NCBI GenBank assembly: GCA_905331295.1
Contig: CAJNYD010000446.1
Location: 1 to 33,790, forward strand
Reading direction: 5' to 3'
Source: Rotaria socialis
Lineage: Eukaryota
DNA length: 33,790 bases
Positions 1 to 11,972 of this stretch are shown in pieces. Position 1 is the stretch's first letter. Each line of letters starts with the position of its first letter. The notes beneath the pieces were generated by a model. That model was given only the letters and a program-made list of their open reading frames with translations. It was not told where the DNA came from and did no database searches. The translations under genes were made by a program, and so were the position numbers.

Positions 1-1125
1 ATGAATCATCTTATAGTAGTATTGTAATATGCTACTATATTATTATTTAAACTTCAAAAACATACACATCCAAACGGCTTTAGACTCATAGTAAAATTTT
101 ACGTTAAGAGTAAAAAACAAAACTATTGACGTACGCATCACAAGTCGTCATTTTGTGTCGCGATGATCTCGAGAACCGAAAATCGTAGAAAACTCGTTGA
201 AACGTGAGATCGAAGTATCAAGATCGAACTGAGAACATCTTTTTTCGAATCTTTAAACTGAAGTTCCGTTCACTCACAAATGTGCTTCCAAAATGACGAA
301 AATGAAAGAAATTTGTTGCAAGATAATTAAAGTGACGTCATGAACATATGTTAGCCACTATAGTCTATTGATTTACAGCTGATCTAAGATAATGAATCAT
401 GGAGATAATTAATCGATCAATCGAAATCGATCTTTCAGAATGTATCGCTATGTAAGAATGGAGTGTTCTCAGTGATGAATTTCATTATATCGACATAAAA
501 AGTATTCAAGATTTCTCTGAATTGAAGATTTTTCCTGAATTGAGATTCCTGCTTCGCATCGCATTTCGTATTCGAGTGAAACTTGAATACCATCTAGTTT
601 TCATGAGAAGACAGTGTACCATTTGAGTACAATAGATGTCGCTATTATTCATTTCTTATCGATCAATATTGATATAAATGGTTGTAAAACAAACCATTGC
701 ATATAAAGACCGTGAATTCACACACTCAAAAGTGTATGTAGATTGTCTTAACCGTCTATTTCACTGTTTTGTCAGGCAATGGTCGATATCATTAACAAAG
801 AATCAGATTACACTCGATTAAAATGGCAGGATTTTAATCTGGTTGTAGTCGTTTTTTTAGCCACAAAGGCAGATTTCGCTGATGTTTTGTATTTTGTCAA
901 ATCAAATTTATTCTACTAAAAGTAATGGCATACTTTTGATGGGTTAATCATTTTTAATCGATTGTAATCGCATTGAAAAAACAAAGGAAATCAAAGAAAT
1001 CTACCTTTGTGGTTGACAAAATTAATTTTCATCGATTTTTACTCATAGAATAGTGGACTTGAATCTGACTTCTTGCCAAATCTTTTAACATCGTTTCTAT
1101 TCTCGTAGATTCACAACGATTTATT

Positions 1126-2944
1126 ATGAATCCAATAATTGGACGAATTTATTTACTTCGATGCAGCGTGCGTCAAGCATTTGGACTTGACACAAAAAAA
1201 TCATCTTCATCATTTGCATCCTCTGCATCATCAGCTGGCTGTTCAGCATCTTCTTCGTTACCATTAAACACGACAAAAGAAAAACGGAAAAGATTTCGCA
1301 AACGCCGATGTCTTATTTTAGACGTAGAAACAGCATCAGTAACAATTTTACCAATGACTCAATTTGACGGGCAAGACCCGGCCTCTGAAAATGTAAAAGA
1401 TGAAATTGTTTTACCAGAACTTTCAAGAGAATATTTATTAAAAAATCTTTTATCAATTCACCCGACTGAACCTGTTGCTGGACGGCGTAGTGTCAATATT
1501 GAAGCATTTTCAGGTTCATCGAACGATGGCTCAAAACCAAGCAACAGTTTTATCGTTTTAAAGCCAATATCAGTTCCTATAGAAGCTGAATGGCCGAATC
1601 CTATACCAGATTTTTTTACAGTCGATGAAATGTTATACATCAGTGATGTCATCTATGCATTATCAAGAGAAGAAAAAGCAAATAAAATTCGAAATTCCCA
1701 AAATCAAATGGTTCACAATGTTATTTATGAAGATAATAAAGATAGTGAAACAACCGGTTCATCATTACCTACGAGTCGTGTTATAGTGGAGTCATTTGGA
1801 AAAGACGATTTAGATAAATCTATGCGTATTGAACAGTGGCTAAATGATTCAACACCATCTTGCAATATTGTTGAAGATATAGATCAATGCTGGTCAACAA
1901 TAGTGAGAATCAAAAAGCTTTTGCTTCGATTATATCTTTTTTTTATTTAGAATTATTCTGGTAAATCAACGTTAATTTTATTCAACAGGACAGGACAAGA
2001 TATATCTTTCACTCATTTACATGGACTTGAAGTAAGTTGATTTTTGTCTTTTTTTTCAAAATTATGTTCACTTTTTGGGTAGTTTTCTGAAAATACGCTA
2101 TTACTTGATGTTATTTTGAACGATAATGAATGCCTTCCATTACTTATATCCAATGAACATGAATCAGCTACACTTACATTCTCTGAAGAACAAGATTTTC
2201 AAACACGACATGAATTTACTATTAAAGTAATATAACACAAGGAAAGAAAAACATTTTTGATTCAACTTTAGTTTTTAGATTGGAGATTTTATTAAAACTG
2301 TACATGTAACTCCACCACACAAACAACTTTATGATTTAGGCCCATCATCAATACCTAATTGGCCTGTTCAAATCGCCTGTGATTATGAAATAAGAAATAA
2401 TCATCGATTTGTTATTCTATGTTCAATTATTAAAGTTTGCAATAACACAGCTATTCCATTAGTTATTTCAAGTATTAATCCAAATGACATAAAGCAATAT
2501 CATCGAATCTCAAAAATTAATTTGAATGAAGAATATGATCTACCTATTGATTTAATTTATGCACAATCAACTCCTACAATATTTATTTCTGTTGATAAGT
2601 AAAGATTTGTTTATTTTAGATAAATAATTGTTTTGTTTAATTGTTTTTGTTTGCAGAAATGATAGTAATGGCGAAATAAATGAATTCATTTCATTTGATT
2701 GGGAAAAACAATTTTCCGTGGAGAAGAAACTAGAATTAACAAATGGAACTCATGCTCATTTTGCTGTGAGAATCTATAAAATTGGTGACCTTGATGAAAA
2801 TGTATTTTTTAGCTTTATAAAAAATCCATTGAAAGTTATTCGGAAAGTACTAATGAACTTGCAATGAGTTTTATTCTTTATATAACTGATCAAACATTTC
2901 ATTCAACTAAATTTATACCAACAGATATTCAATTTGTCAATTGA
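1126..2944 (+). CDS. Chimeric 6-exon gene (~520 aa): unknown/PemK-like N-terminal domain spliced to an internal VPS13-like (VAB/SHR-BD repeat) fragment; truncated, possibly pseudogenic
   Basis: Exons 1126-1902, 1951-2031, 2083-2226, 2279-2598, 2657-2765 and 2813-2944 join in frame through GT-AG introns of 47-58 nt. Exons 2-6 read 'STLILFNRTGQDI...QIACDYEIRNNHRFVILCSIIKVCNNTAIPL...YDLPIDL', resembling VPS13 VAB repeats. TGA at 2942-2944 sits 1 nt before a GTAAGT donor, suggesting a frameshift. Confidence 0.55.
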
Positions 2945-3967
2945 TGTAAGTGAAATATTTCATTTCGCGTATCTCTTTAACTCAATTAGCAAGACAACAA
3001 AATTGAAAAATGAATATAGAAAATATTCATTTTCAATTTGCTCTAATTCGTTCGCGAGTTTGCAATTAAAAACAAAGAATAGAGGGTTGCCGTTTTCAAA
3101 AAATAAAATATTAGATGAAAAATTACTTGAGGATATGTTTAGAATAAATAAAATTCCAGTCGATATTAAAATTTCGAAATTAACTCAATTGTTTTACCAG
3201 AAAGATCTTTGACATATTGAACCAATTTATATTTCTTTTTGGATCGTAAAACATGCGATGTTATAAGATTGAAAAATAGTATGATAATGATTATTGAAAA
3301 AATATAATCGCGCAAGAGAAAACATTCAAAATATTATATTTTAATATTTATTTTTAGAATGATGAATAAATTGATACAACACCAAGGCAATTCAATCTCA
3401 TAATATCTGGCAATAGACATTCTTCATCGACTGTATAATATTGTATTTTTTTTTCTTTAAATAATATATATCATGTTACATATGAAATAGAAAAAAGGCT
3501 AAAAATAATGTAATATTGGTGAATAATACTTGTATACTTGAAACTACTTCAATCATTTAATTTGAATAAGATAAACAAAAAGTAATTTTTTTATTTAAAA
3601 GTTTTTCTTCTAATTGAAGTATTTGATATTTTGCTTACATGTATAACAACAAAAGATTGAGGGCAAGCGTTTAAAAAATATTCCTAAACATAAAGGTTGC
3701 CGGCGTTTGTAAAGATATCTGGTAGATGCACTATTTTATTTTATTATATTTTTTCGCTTTCATTTTCCTAATTTAGATTCAGATGACAATACAATGGACA
3801 GTGTTTAATGTTCTTCCGTTTTTTTTTCTTAATATTTTCCTAGATAATCATATCAGATGAAGTCGATGACTTATGATTTTCAAATGCAGTCATTACATGG
3901 ATTGATGCATGAAGCTATAAAAATTTTAAATTTAATTTGTAAATCGATCTTTGTTTTTGAATTTTAG

Positions 3968-4806
3968 CTGGATGATTCAGCAATTATCTCAAAAGAAGAT
4001 TGAGCAGCTATATCATGAGGTGCATCGACATTTATACTATGTATGTACGACTTATGCTCTCATGTTAACATAAATAATAAAGTCTCTTAATGTTTTTCTG
4101 TGCTATAATCAATATGCTTCAAATACTAAGTGTGACATAGTGACAGTTCAATATATCCATTGAAAGCATTACAAACTAATAAATTTGATATACTGTTCGA
4201 ACTATTGCAACAAGCATTAAAATGTTTGATATGAATTTCATTTTTTACTTAGATTTACAAGAACGAATTTAAAAAAAAGAAAGAATAAGTATCAAAGAAG
4301 CAGCAGAATCATCTATTGAAAATAATGATGATGATGAAAATGATAATTATGAACATGAAGTTAAATAAAAAGATGCTATTCAATGATCGATAAATTCATA
4401 TATATGACATTATAACTGCATCAGAACAAACATGTACTGAAGTTGAATCTCAATTAGAAGAATTACAACGAGCATATGAGACATCAGAACAAAATCTATC
4501 GTCATTAAAAATTGACTCTAAAAATATACAAACATATTTAAATACAATTGAAAAACAATTTGAATCATTAAAAGAAAAATTTGATATTCAAGCGAATAAA
4601 AACGAAGAATTAAATGTTGATAATAAAGAACTAACAGATAATATTATTTATCTTCGACAACAATTACAAGAAAAAGTTCTTCAAGAAGAACAACATAATC
4701 GAGAGAAACAAGCAAATAATAATTTAAAAAGTTTATACAAGTTAAACAAACATTACAAGCATGTCAACAAGAAAATGAACAATTAAAAATTGAATTGAAA
4801 AAATGA
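3968..4806 (+). pseudogene. Decayed coiled-coil protein gene fragment
   Basis: A heptad-rich frame at ~4400-4740 (TASEQTCTEVESQLEELQRAYETSEQNL...RQQLQEKVLQEEQ) shifts frame to QVKQTLQACQQENEQLKIELKK*. Upstream pieces contain stops and residual splice signals. Confidence 0.5.
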
Positions 4807-5552
4807 CAGATTAAACTTTTTAATAAAAATGAGTAATTTATTATGAAATCAAAAACAGAGATGCATAGGGTTTGATTCATAGTTATTCGAACCGGTCTTA
4901 CTTTCGGTTTATGTCCTAATTATATTGACAGTCGGATTCACTGTGCCCTTGAGACATAAATTCTATCAAAATGTCCTTTTTTTGTAGCGTTATGTTTCAA
5001 TGCTCTCATGATAGTTATCAAACCAGAACTGTACATCTCTAGTTTAGTTTGATTTTGAGCGAAATTCATATAGTTAAGAAGAGTATGTTGATATATAATC
5101 GAATAAAAACAATGGTCTCGTAGGTAGAAAATAAATTATTGATGTATTTTTTGACATTTCTTGGTCTAAGAAAAGCAAAATATAAACAAACCAGTTCTAT
5201 CCATTAGAGAGAAAAGCACTTATGTTATGAACAATTTAACCGATGTCAATACAAAATGGCTATCATTTTAGTGGTCAGTAGAATAAATGAAATGGTCAGT
5301 AAGCAAAATAATTATAAAATCAGTAAAATAAATGAATGACCAGTAAAATAAATGAATGGACAATAAATTGAATGAATGAGCAGTAAATTATTTAAATGGT
5401 CAGTTATTAAAATAAATAAGTGTCTTAATACATTTAAAGAGCAGTAAATTAAATAAAAGGGTAAGTATAAAAATCACAATGTGTGATAGTGTGATTCACT
5501 TTTTTTCTTTCTTTCGGTCGTTCTACTATGTCGTCCAGCTGACTGCTACAAC

Positions 5553-5583
5553 ATATATATATATATATNATATATATATATAT
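5553..5583. repeat. (TA)n microsatellite containing an ambiguous base (N at 5569)
   Basis: Direct reading; possible assembly join. Confidence 0.95.
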
Positions 5584-7486
5584 GTACTCTTTGTTTCTAC
5601 CCTTTCTTTCACAATCAGCTGAGTGTCAACGAGTAAAACAGATGGAAGTGATACAAGTTGCCCAATATGAAAGTGAAACATCTGACGAAGAGATTATAAA
5701 AGAAAACCATGATATAAATGAACAAAGAAAAAAATCTAAATTTTGGGTTAAAGAATCTACGTTTGATAAACCTAGTGAAACAGAAGCATTAATTGAAAAT
5801 CAGTGGTCAAAACATTATACAAATTATACAGAAAATGGAAGAAAAGTTTATTATCGATGTAACAAAGTGAAGCGTCGTGGTCCCCAATGTAGTGCCAGCA
5901 TGTGTCTGCTGTATCATGCAGACAGTGACAAAGTTACTTGCTACAAAACTGAAGCTGAACACGATCATTATGATCACAAAGGTCGTGGTATTGATGGAAA
6001 TGTTAAAAAGATTATAGAAGAATTGTATAATGATGGTGTTATAAAGCCCAAACAAATTATTCGAGCACTTGAAGCAAGAAAAATAAAGACACCAACATAC
6101 ACACAATTGAACAATTATCTTATTCATTATAAAAAAAAGAAATATGGTTCATATAAAATAAGCTTAGGTGAATTAGAAAAATGGTGCGAAGACAATGGAG
6201 ATATTCCAATTGATGAAAATAAAGCTTTTGTTGTATCATACAAAATAATTTATGATGAACAAGAATATGATGATGAAGATACAGAGGAAGATAGTGGTAA
6301 TAAATTTCGTGTATTTATATCATCTGTATGTTTGCTCAATATTGCATCAATATCATCACATATAAATGCTGATGCAACATATAAATTAGTCTGGCAAGGT
6401 TTTCCTGTATTAATTGTTGGTACAACTGATTTGAATAAGAAGTTTCATCCATTTGGTTTAGCTATATGTTCCAATGAAAAAACAAAAGACTTCGAATTTA
6501 TATTTAATGGTATACAAATTGGTATGGAAAAATTAAATAAAGATTTATTAAAACCAACAGCATTGATATCCGATGCTGCAGATGCAATAAAAAATGGCTT
6601 TCGAAATGTATTTAATAATGAATATAATCAAATAATGTGCTGGGCACATATGAAACGAAAGATTGATAATCGTGTATGCCATATAAATGATAAACTTATC
6701 GGAAAAGAAATAATAGATGACATTGAAATGCTGCATTTATCCAATTCTACTGAAGTATTCAAATTGGCATATACATTATTTAAAAAGAAATGGAACATGA
6801 ACAACAAACAAACCAATCAGTCAATATTGGATTTTTTGAATTATTTTGATAATGAATGGATCAAATCAAATGATGGTTGGTATGAAGGTATACAGTTGTA
6901 TGCACCAAGTACAAACAATGCCTTGGAAGCAACCAATAAAACAATCAAAGATGATGGAACTTTTAGAGAACGCCACGTTCTATCAAGATTTTTGATAATA
7001 GGTTGTAACATTGTCAATAATTGGTCAAATGAACGAGATATTAAATCAATCAATGCAAAAATATTTGCTACTGAACCAACAATTTCTTTAGAATTATGGA
7101 CTTTGTCGTATCAATGGGCAAAATCAACAAAAGATATTATTTGTATTTCCAATGATTCTTCAAAAACATGTTATATACCAGCTCGTGATATACAATCAAT
7201 TACACAAGCCAATTTAAATAAATATAAAAATAAAAAATGGTCTACTTTCAATCAATTTCAAAAATCATTTGATATTTGGTGTATGGAAATGAATGATTCA
7301 ACTTGGAAAAAATCCAAATGTAACTGTCCTATTTTTTTCAAGAATTACATCTGCAAACACGTCGTTGGTATGGCTATTCGCCTGAAGTATTGTAAACCAC
7401 CACCAGCAGCAAAAACAGTACCCATCGGCGAAAAAAGAAAAAGAGGTAGACCAGCAAAAGCAAAACCTGCTTTACTTGTACAATAA
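5582..7486 (+). CDS. MULE transposase (DDE domain, SWIM zinc finger, C-terminal AT-hook); true start may be ATG 5642
   Basis: Uninterrupted 634-aa ORF with INADATYKL (D), ISDAADAI (D), CWAH (CxxH), TNNALE (E), SWIM CNCPIFFKNYICKH and KRKRGRP AT-hook. N-terminal YYRC...C...HDH zinc-finger-like motif. Confidence 0.93.
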   Translation: MYSLFLPFLSQSAECQRVKQMEVIQVAQYESETSDEEIIKENHDINEQRKKSKFWVKESTFDKPSETEALIENQWSKHYTNYTENGRKVYYRCNKVKRRGPQCSASMCLLYHADSDKVTCYKTEAEHDHYDHKGRGIDGNVKKIIEELYNDGVIKPKQIIRALEARKIKTPTYTQLNNYLIHYKKKKYGSYKISLGELEKWCEDNGDIPIDENKAFVVSYKIIYDEQEYDDEDTEEDSGNKFRVFISSVCLLNIASISSHINADATYKLVWQGFPVLIVGTTDLNKKFHPFGLAICSNEKTKDFEFIFNGIQIGMEKLNKDLLKPTALISDAADAIKNGFRNVFNNEYNQIMCWAHMKRKIDNRVCHINDKLIGKEIIDDIEMLHLSNSTEVFKLAYTLFKKKWNMNNKQTNQSILDFLNYFDNEWIKSNDGWYEGIQLYAPSTNNALEATNKTIKDDGTFRERHVLSRFLIIGCNIVNNWSNERDIKSINAKIFATEPTISLELWTLSYQWAKSTKDIICISNDSSKTCYIPARDIQSITQANLNKYKNKKWSTFNQFQKSFDIWCMEMNDSTWKKSKCNCPIFFKNYICKHVVGMAIRLKYCKPPPAAKTVPIGEKRKRGRPAKAKPALLVQ

Positions 7487-9784
7487 TTAGAATTCATCCT
7501 CTTTTTTCCACTCCATTCTTTATATTTCTACCTAATGTTCTCTTGAATTTCTTATTTGTTCTGTGTTTTTTTATTTAAAAGTACACTTTCTTATATCAAA
7601 TAATATTTACGACAATAAAACTTATTTTTGTTACTGATAAAGTCACATATTTTACTGATCAAATTTAAGCTTTTTACTCACCGAATTTGAATTATTTACT
7701 CACCAAATTTGAATTTGTTACTGATATTTATGTATAAAAAACTGACCATTTCTTAATTAATTACTGACCGTTTTAGTACTGACCATATAATATTAACACT
7801 GATTATTTGCCTATTTTTTTACTGACCATTTCATTTATTTTACTGACCAAAAATTATGTTCCCATATTTTAACAATATCTGCTTCACACAGTTTCAAACA
7901 ACTTACATGGAATCGGTTGTACAATACACAATTCAATTTATTTCCGCTGGTGTTTCTGCCTTGTGATGTTGTTCATCAGCACAGTCGTTTTCTATCATGA
8001 ATTTTCTCGTAATACACTAAATTAGATTATACATCAGTAAATCACAATAAACTGCATACGATCATTGTATTAGTAAACATATTTTTCAAGAAGAGAAAGT
8101 CTTAAACAATTAAATAAGCGTGAGTAGAAAGAAAATTTGACAATTATAAAATAAAACTCATCTGATCATAGGAGAAAATGTTGAATCTATTGAATTTCAG
8201 TATCGTCCTCATTCGTCATCAACTTACTTCATAGCACCGTCACATTTCTATTTAGCTAAGTTTCACTTTTCTTTCAATAAAATGCATATTATTATTCATT
8301 CTAAAAACATCATAGTCAATGTCTTTCTGTATTATTTTCCACATGAATATTACTAATCATAATTTTTCTAGTTTTGTTATTCGATCTTAAATTAGGCTTT
8401 ATCACATGTAGTTTAGATTGTCGACTTTCATAGGATTCTTTGCTATTTAGTGTCTACACTTGTTTGTTTTCTTGAAACGTTTGAAATCATTAATGAGATT
8501 CAAGTCTAACGATGATTAAATTCTGAAAAATAACGGTATAGAAAGACAATCATTACAAGCAGGAAAACACAACCAAAGTTGTCTGGAAAATATAAGTTAT
8601 CACCGAGGAATGCATAGAGCTCAAGAAAAAACATTTTTCGAATCCTAAGAATATGGGATTCAGTTTTCAATGTCGACAAGAAGCTATTTTGAAATAGCAT
8701 AGATGAAATGGGGATTGAAAATTAAATGAATTTTCTTATCAAGTATCTGAAATACAAATATAAATCATGTTAACTATGCAATTTAGGTATGAAGCAAAAG
8801 AGCGAATGAAGAACTTATTAATAAAAAATAAGGACGTTTTTGATAGCTAAATTTACACTTGCAATCATGATTGTATAGGATTGGCAGTGATGCTTTTCAA
8901 ATGTTTACAACATTTCATCGAATAGATCTCTATGAAACCTATTGGTTAATATATGGACGTGTTTACGATCATCAGTTATTTTAACTCGGTATTCTTGGAT
9001 GTTTTCTCATTATGCATCTTTTATTTCACTATTATTAAGCAACATTATTTGATTAATATGTCGAAAAAGTGGATCATCAATATTGAAATTATTGCATTCT
9101 TTGTGCATATATACATAGATATTTTGGCCTTTGTCCTTGTCCAATTATAGACAGATAAGTAAATATGTTAACTTTTACCAAAGAAGAAAGCATTAGTTGC
9201 TATCTATTTACTCTTCAGACAAAAGAAGTATGTCAAAGCACGATTAAACAAGCGAATCAGACAACTCTAAAGTAATATCATCAATTCGTTAGCTTCTTTT
9301 TGTATCAATCATAAATAATAACTCTAACCTCACGTTCATGTTTTGTTTTGCAGGAGAATAATAAGTACTTTTCTGTTTAGATCGAATTATATCGCAAACA
9401 AAATGTAACCGAATGAAATGTAACCAGCCGTATAGAATTTTGCTTATTTTCAGTCAAAAACCTTTTGTCGATTGCCAATCATAGAAGATCATAAGTATTG
9501 ATTTAGGAAAATATCGAACAGTAGACTGACATAACAAGAGAGTAAAATTCATATGACATTTGTATTATATTTGTCATCTCAGTTCTAATATTTGATCGAT
9601 ACCAATTAGAAAGTATCTGGTACAAAATTAAAAAAAACAGAGCTTTATAACGCACTATTCAGAAATAGATATCTATTGTCATAGATGTTTGACTTTAGTC
9701 TCAAGTAAATATTATTGATCATATCTTATACGATATAAAAGAGTTCATAACATATTTTACATAGAAAGTGAAATGACTTCAATC

Positions 9785-11935
9785 TTAAACACTAGCAAAA
9801 GTATTTCCTTCAGCACCAGTTATAATCACATCAACCCATATACGCATGAGCTCAACAGTTGGAGCAACTAAATAATAAGGTCGCTCAATAGTTTTCACAA
9901 TAAATGTTGCTTCACGTGGTTCAGGTGATCTTAATGATATTGATTGTAAATGATCGACATAAACTTCAAGAACTGATTGAAAATAAAAACAACCACGTAA
10001 TTTTGTTTCGGTTTTATCTTGATAGTAAAATAATAAACGTCGTTCACGATCAAATACAAACCAACGGCGATTCCATGTTTTAAATTTGATTCCACCCATT
10101 TTATGAAGATAACCACGACATGATGTCGATGTTAGAATGATATGAGAAGAATTCAATAAATGACCAGCACCTTCAATATGTGCACGCAGATCAAAACCGA
10201 TGGCACGTATTGGTAAATAACGTGTCAATGGGCGTTCCTAAAATGCAAAAAAAGACAATAGGTAAAAGTTTTAAAGAAAAAAAAACTAATGAATTATCTA
10301 CTTGTATTCGATTTTTTTCACGTAGTTTCACTTCATAATCAGATTTTTCAATTCTAGTAGCTAATTTTTGTTCGATTTCAATTCGATTCATTTTTTTATT
10401 ATATCGTTCAGGTAGCTAAATTTTATTGTAATAGTATAAATTCATGTAGGAAAAAGATATTTAATGCATTTCTTTTACTTGTTCTTCAAGAATGATCATT
10501 TTTTCTAGTTTATCTTTAGTCATTTTGTCTTTTATTTCATGTGAATTATCATGATGATCATCTTTTCTTTCCATTCTATGTAAAGAAGATAAGTTACTTG
10601 AAAAACGTCAAAAAACATAATGTTACCTTGATGACGAAAATCCATCGGAATAATTCAATGTTCGATAAAGATATGTTGGAGTTGACTGATATAGATTACG
10701 TTTAGTACCATCAATATTTGACCATGCATCTAAAATATTATTAAGTAAATGATAGTTCCAATGGAAGCGAAAATAAGAAAAAAAAGTTTATTACTATAGA
10801 TTTTCTGTTCTAATTCGTTTGCTTCTAATTTTTTTTGTTTAAAAGCTAATTTTAATTTTTGTTTTTCTCGCTGAAGTTTTTCTTTTTCCATTATTGCTTG
10901 ATACAGAGCGATATATTGTTCATGATCAAGATCATGCAAAGTATTCTGAAAGATTTTCACTAAGAGAAAAGAAAAAACTTTGGTCAAATATTTTACTTGT
11001 CGAATTTGAGCATTTTGTGTAACAAATTTCTGTTCATTTTGAAAATGTTGTTCAGCTTTTTCAAGTTCAGATTCACAGCGGATTTCTAATTCCATCAATT
11101 GATATTCAAGATCTTCATAATTTTTACGAGTTACAGCAATAATTTCTTTTGTTCTAAATTATATCATTGAGAAATTTACATTAGAAACAACGAAATTTAC
11201 TTAAGAATTTTCTCGTCAGACGATCGATAATTTTGTTCCAGTTTATGTAATTCATTTTCGAATTCAAAAAGAATATGTTTCGTATAATCAATCTCATCAC
11301 GAATCTAAATATTGAACAACTGATAACAAACGAAGTGACTATATTTTTTAAATTTTCTCACAGAATTTTTTTCTGCCATTATTCGTTCAATTAATAATTG
11401 TAAATTGTCATTTAACTGTCGTATTTTCTGCTGATCACTTTCACTTGCATCTAAAATTTGTTTGAATACTAAATCATGTTCACCTTCGATCAATGCTTGT
11501 TCAATTTCCAACTAAAACAATAAATACATAAACAAGTGTTGACCTCATAGATATACATATACAGAAAGAGAGAGATTTGATATAAAACAGACGAGATAAT
11601 AACAGTTATCATCATCTAATGTAGTGGCATCACTATTACATAATTATTTTGCTTTATGACCTTATTGATCATGTTCTCTACGTGCATCAAATAAGGAATA
11701 TCTAATTATTTTTCTTGATGAAAGCAACTTGTTATTTGTCGATGCTTCTATGGAGCAAAGGAAATGATTGGCAACCAGATCGTCTAGAATAGGGAAAATG
11801 TCTATGATATCTATTAGTTGGGGACTTCAAACGTTCTTTTTTTTTATATCTAGATATGGGAATGTCAAAGAATATTTTTCTATTAAACGAAAGATCCACA
11901 CATGACATTACTATATTGACAAGATCAAGGATGAG

Positions 11936-11972
<37 letters not shown>

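Larger units (their letters stand above)
5258..7863 (+). mobile_element. Mutator-like (MULE) DNA transposon with imperfect TIRs built from subterminal tandem motifs
   Basis: Left end GGCTATCATTTTAGTGGTCAGTAGAATAAATGAAATGGTCAGTAA; reverse complement of right end GGGAACATAATTTTTGGTCAGTAAAATAAATGAAATGGTCAGTAA. Repeated (GG)TCAGTAAAATAAATGAAT motifs occur at ~5272-5460 and inverted at ~7630-7850. The ends enclose a transposase ORF. No clear TSD. Confidence 0.85.

Noticed and set aside
4866..5025. Short inverted match GGTTTGAT...ATCAAACC
   Set aside because: Only 8 bp, with no TSD; insufficient to call a MITE.
5272..5460. ~20-bp repeated motif as a possible CRISPR-like array
   Set aside because: Degenerate tandem units without unique spacers, mirrored at the other transposon end; these are subterminal repeats.
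5807..7053. Four minus-strand ORFs inside the transposase
   Set aside because: Antisense shadows of the MULE ORF with no motifs.
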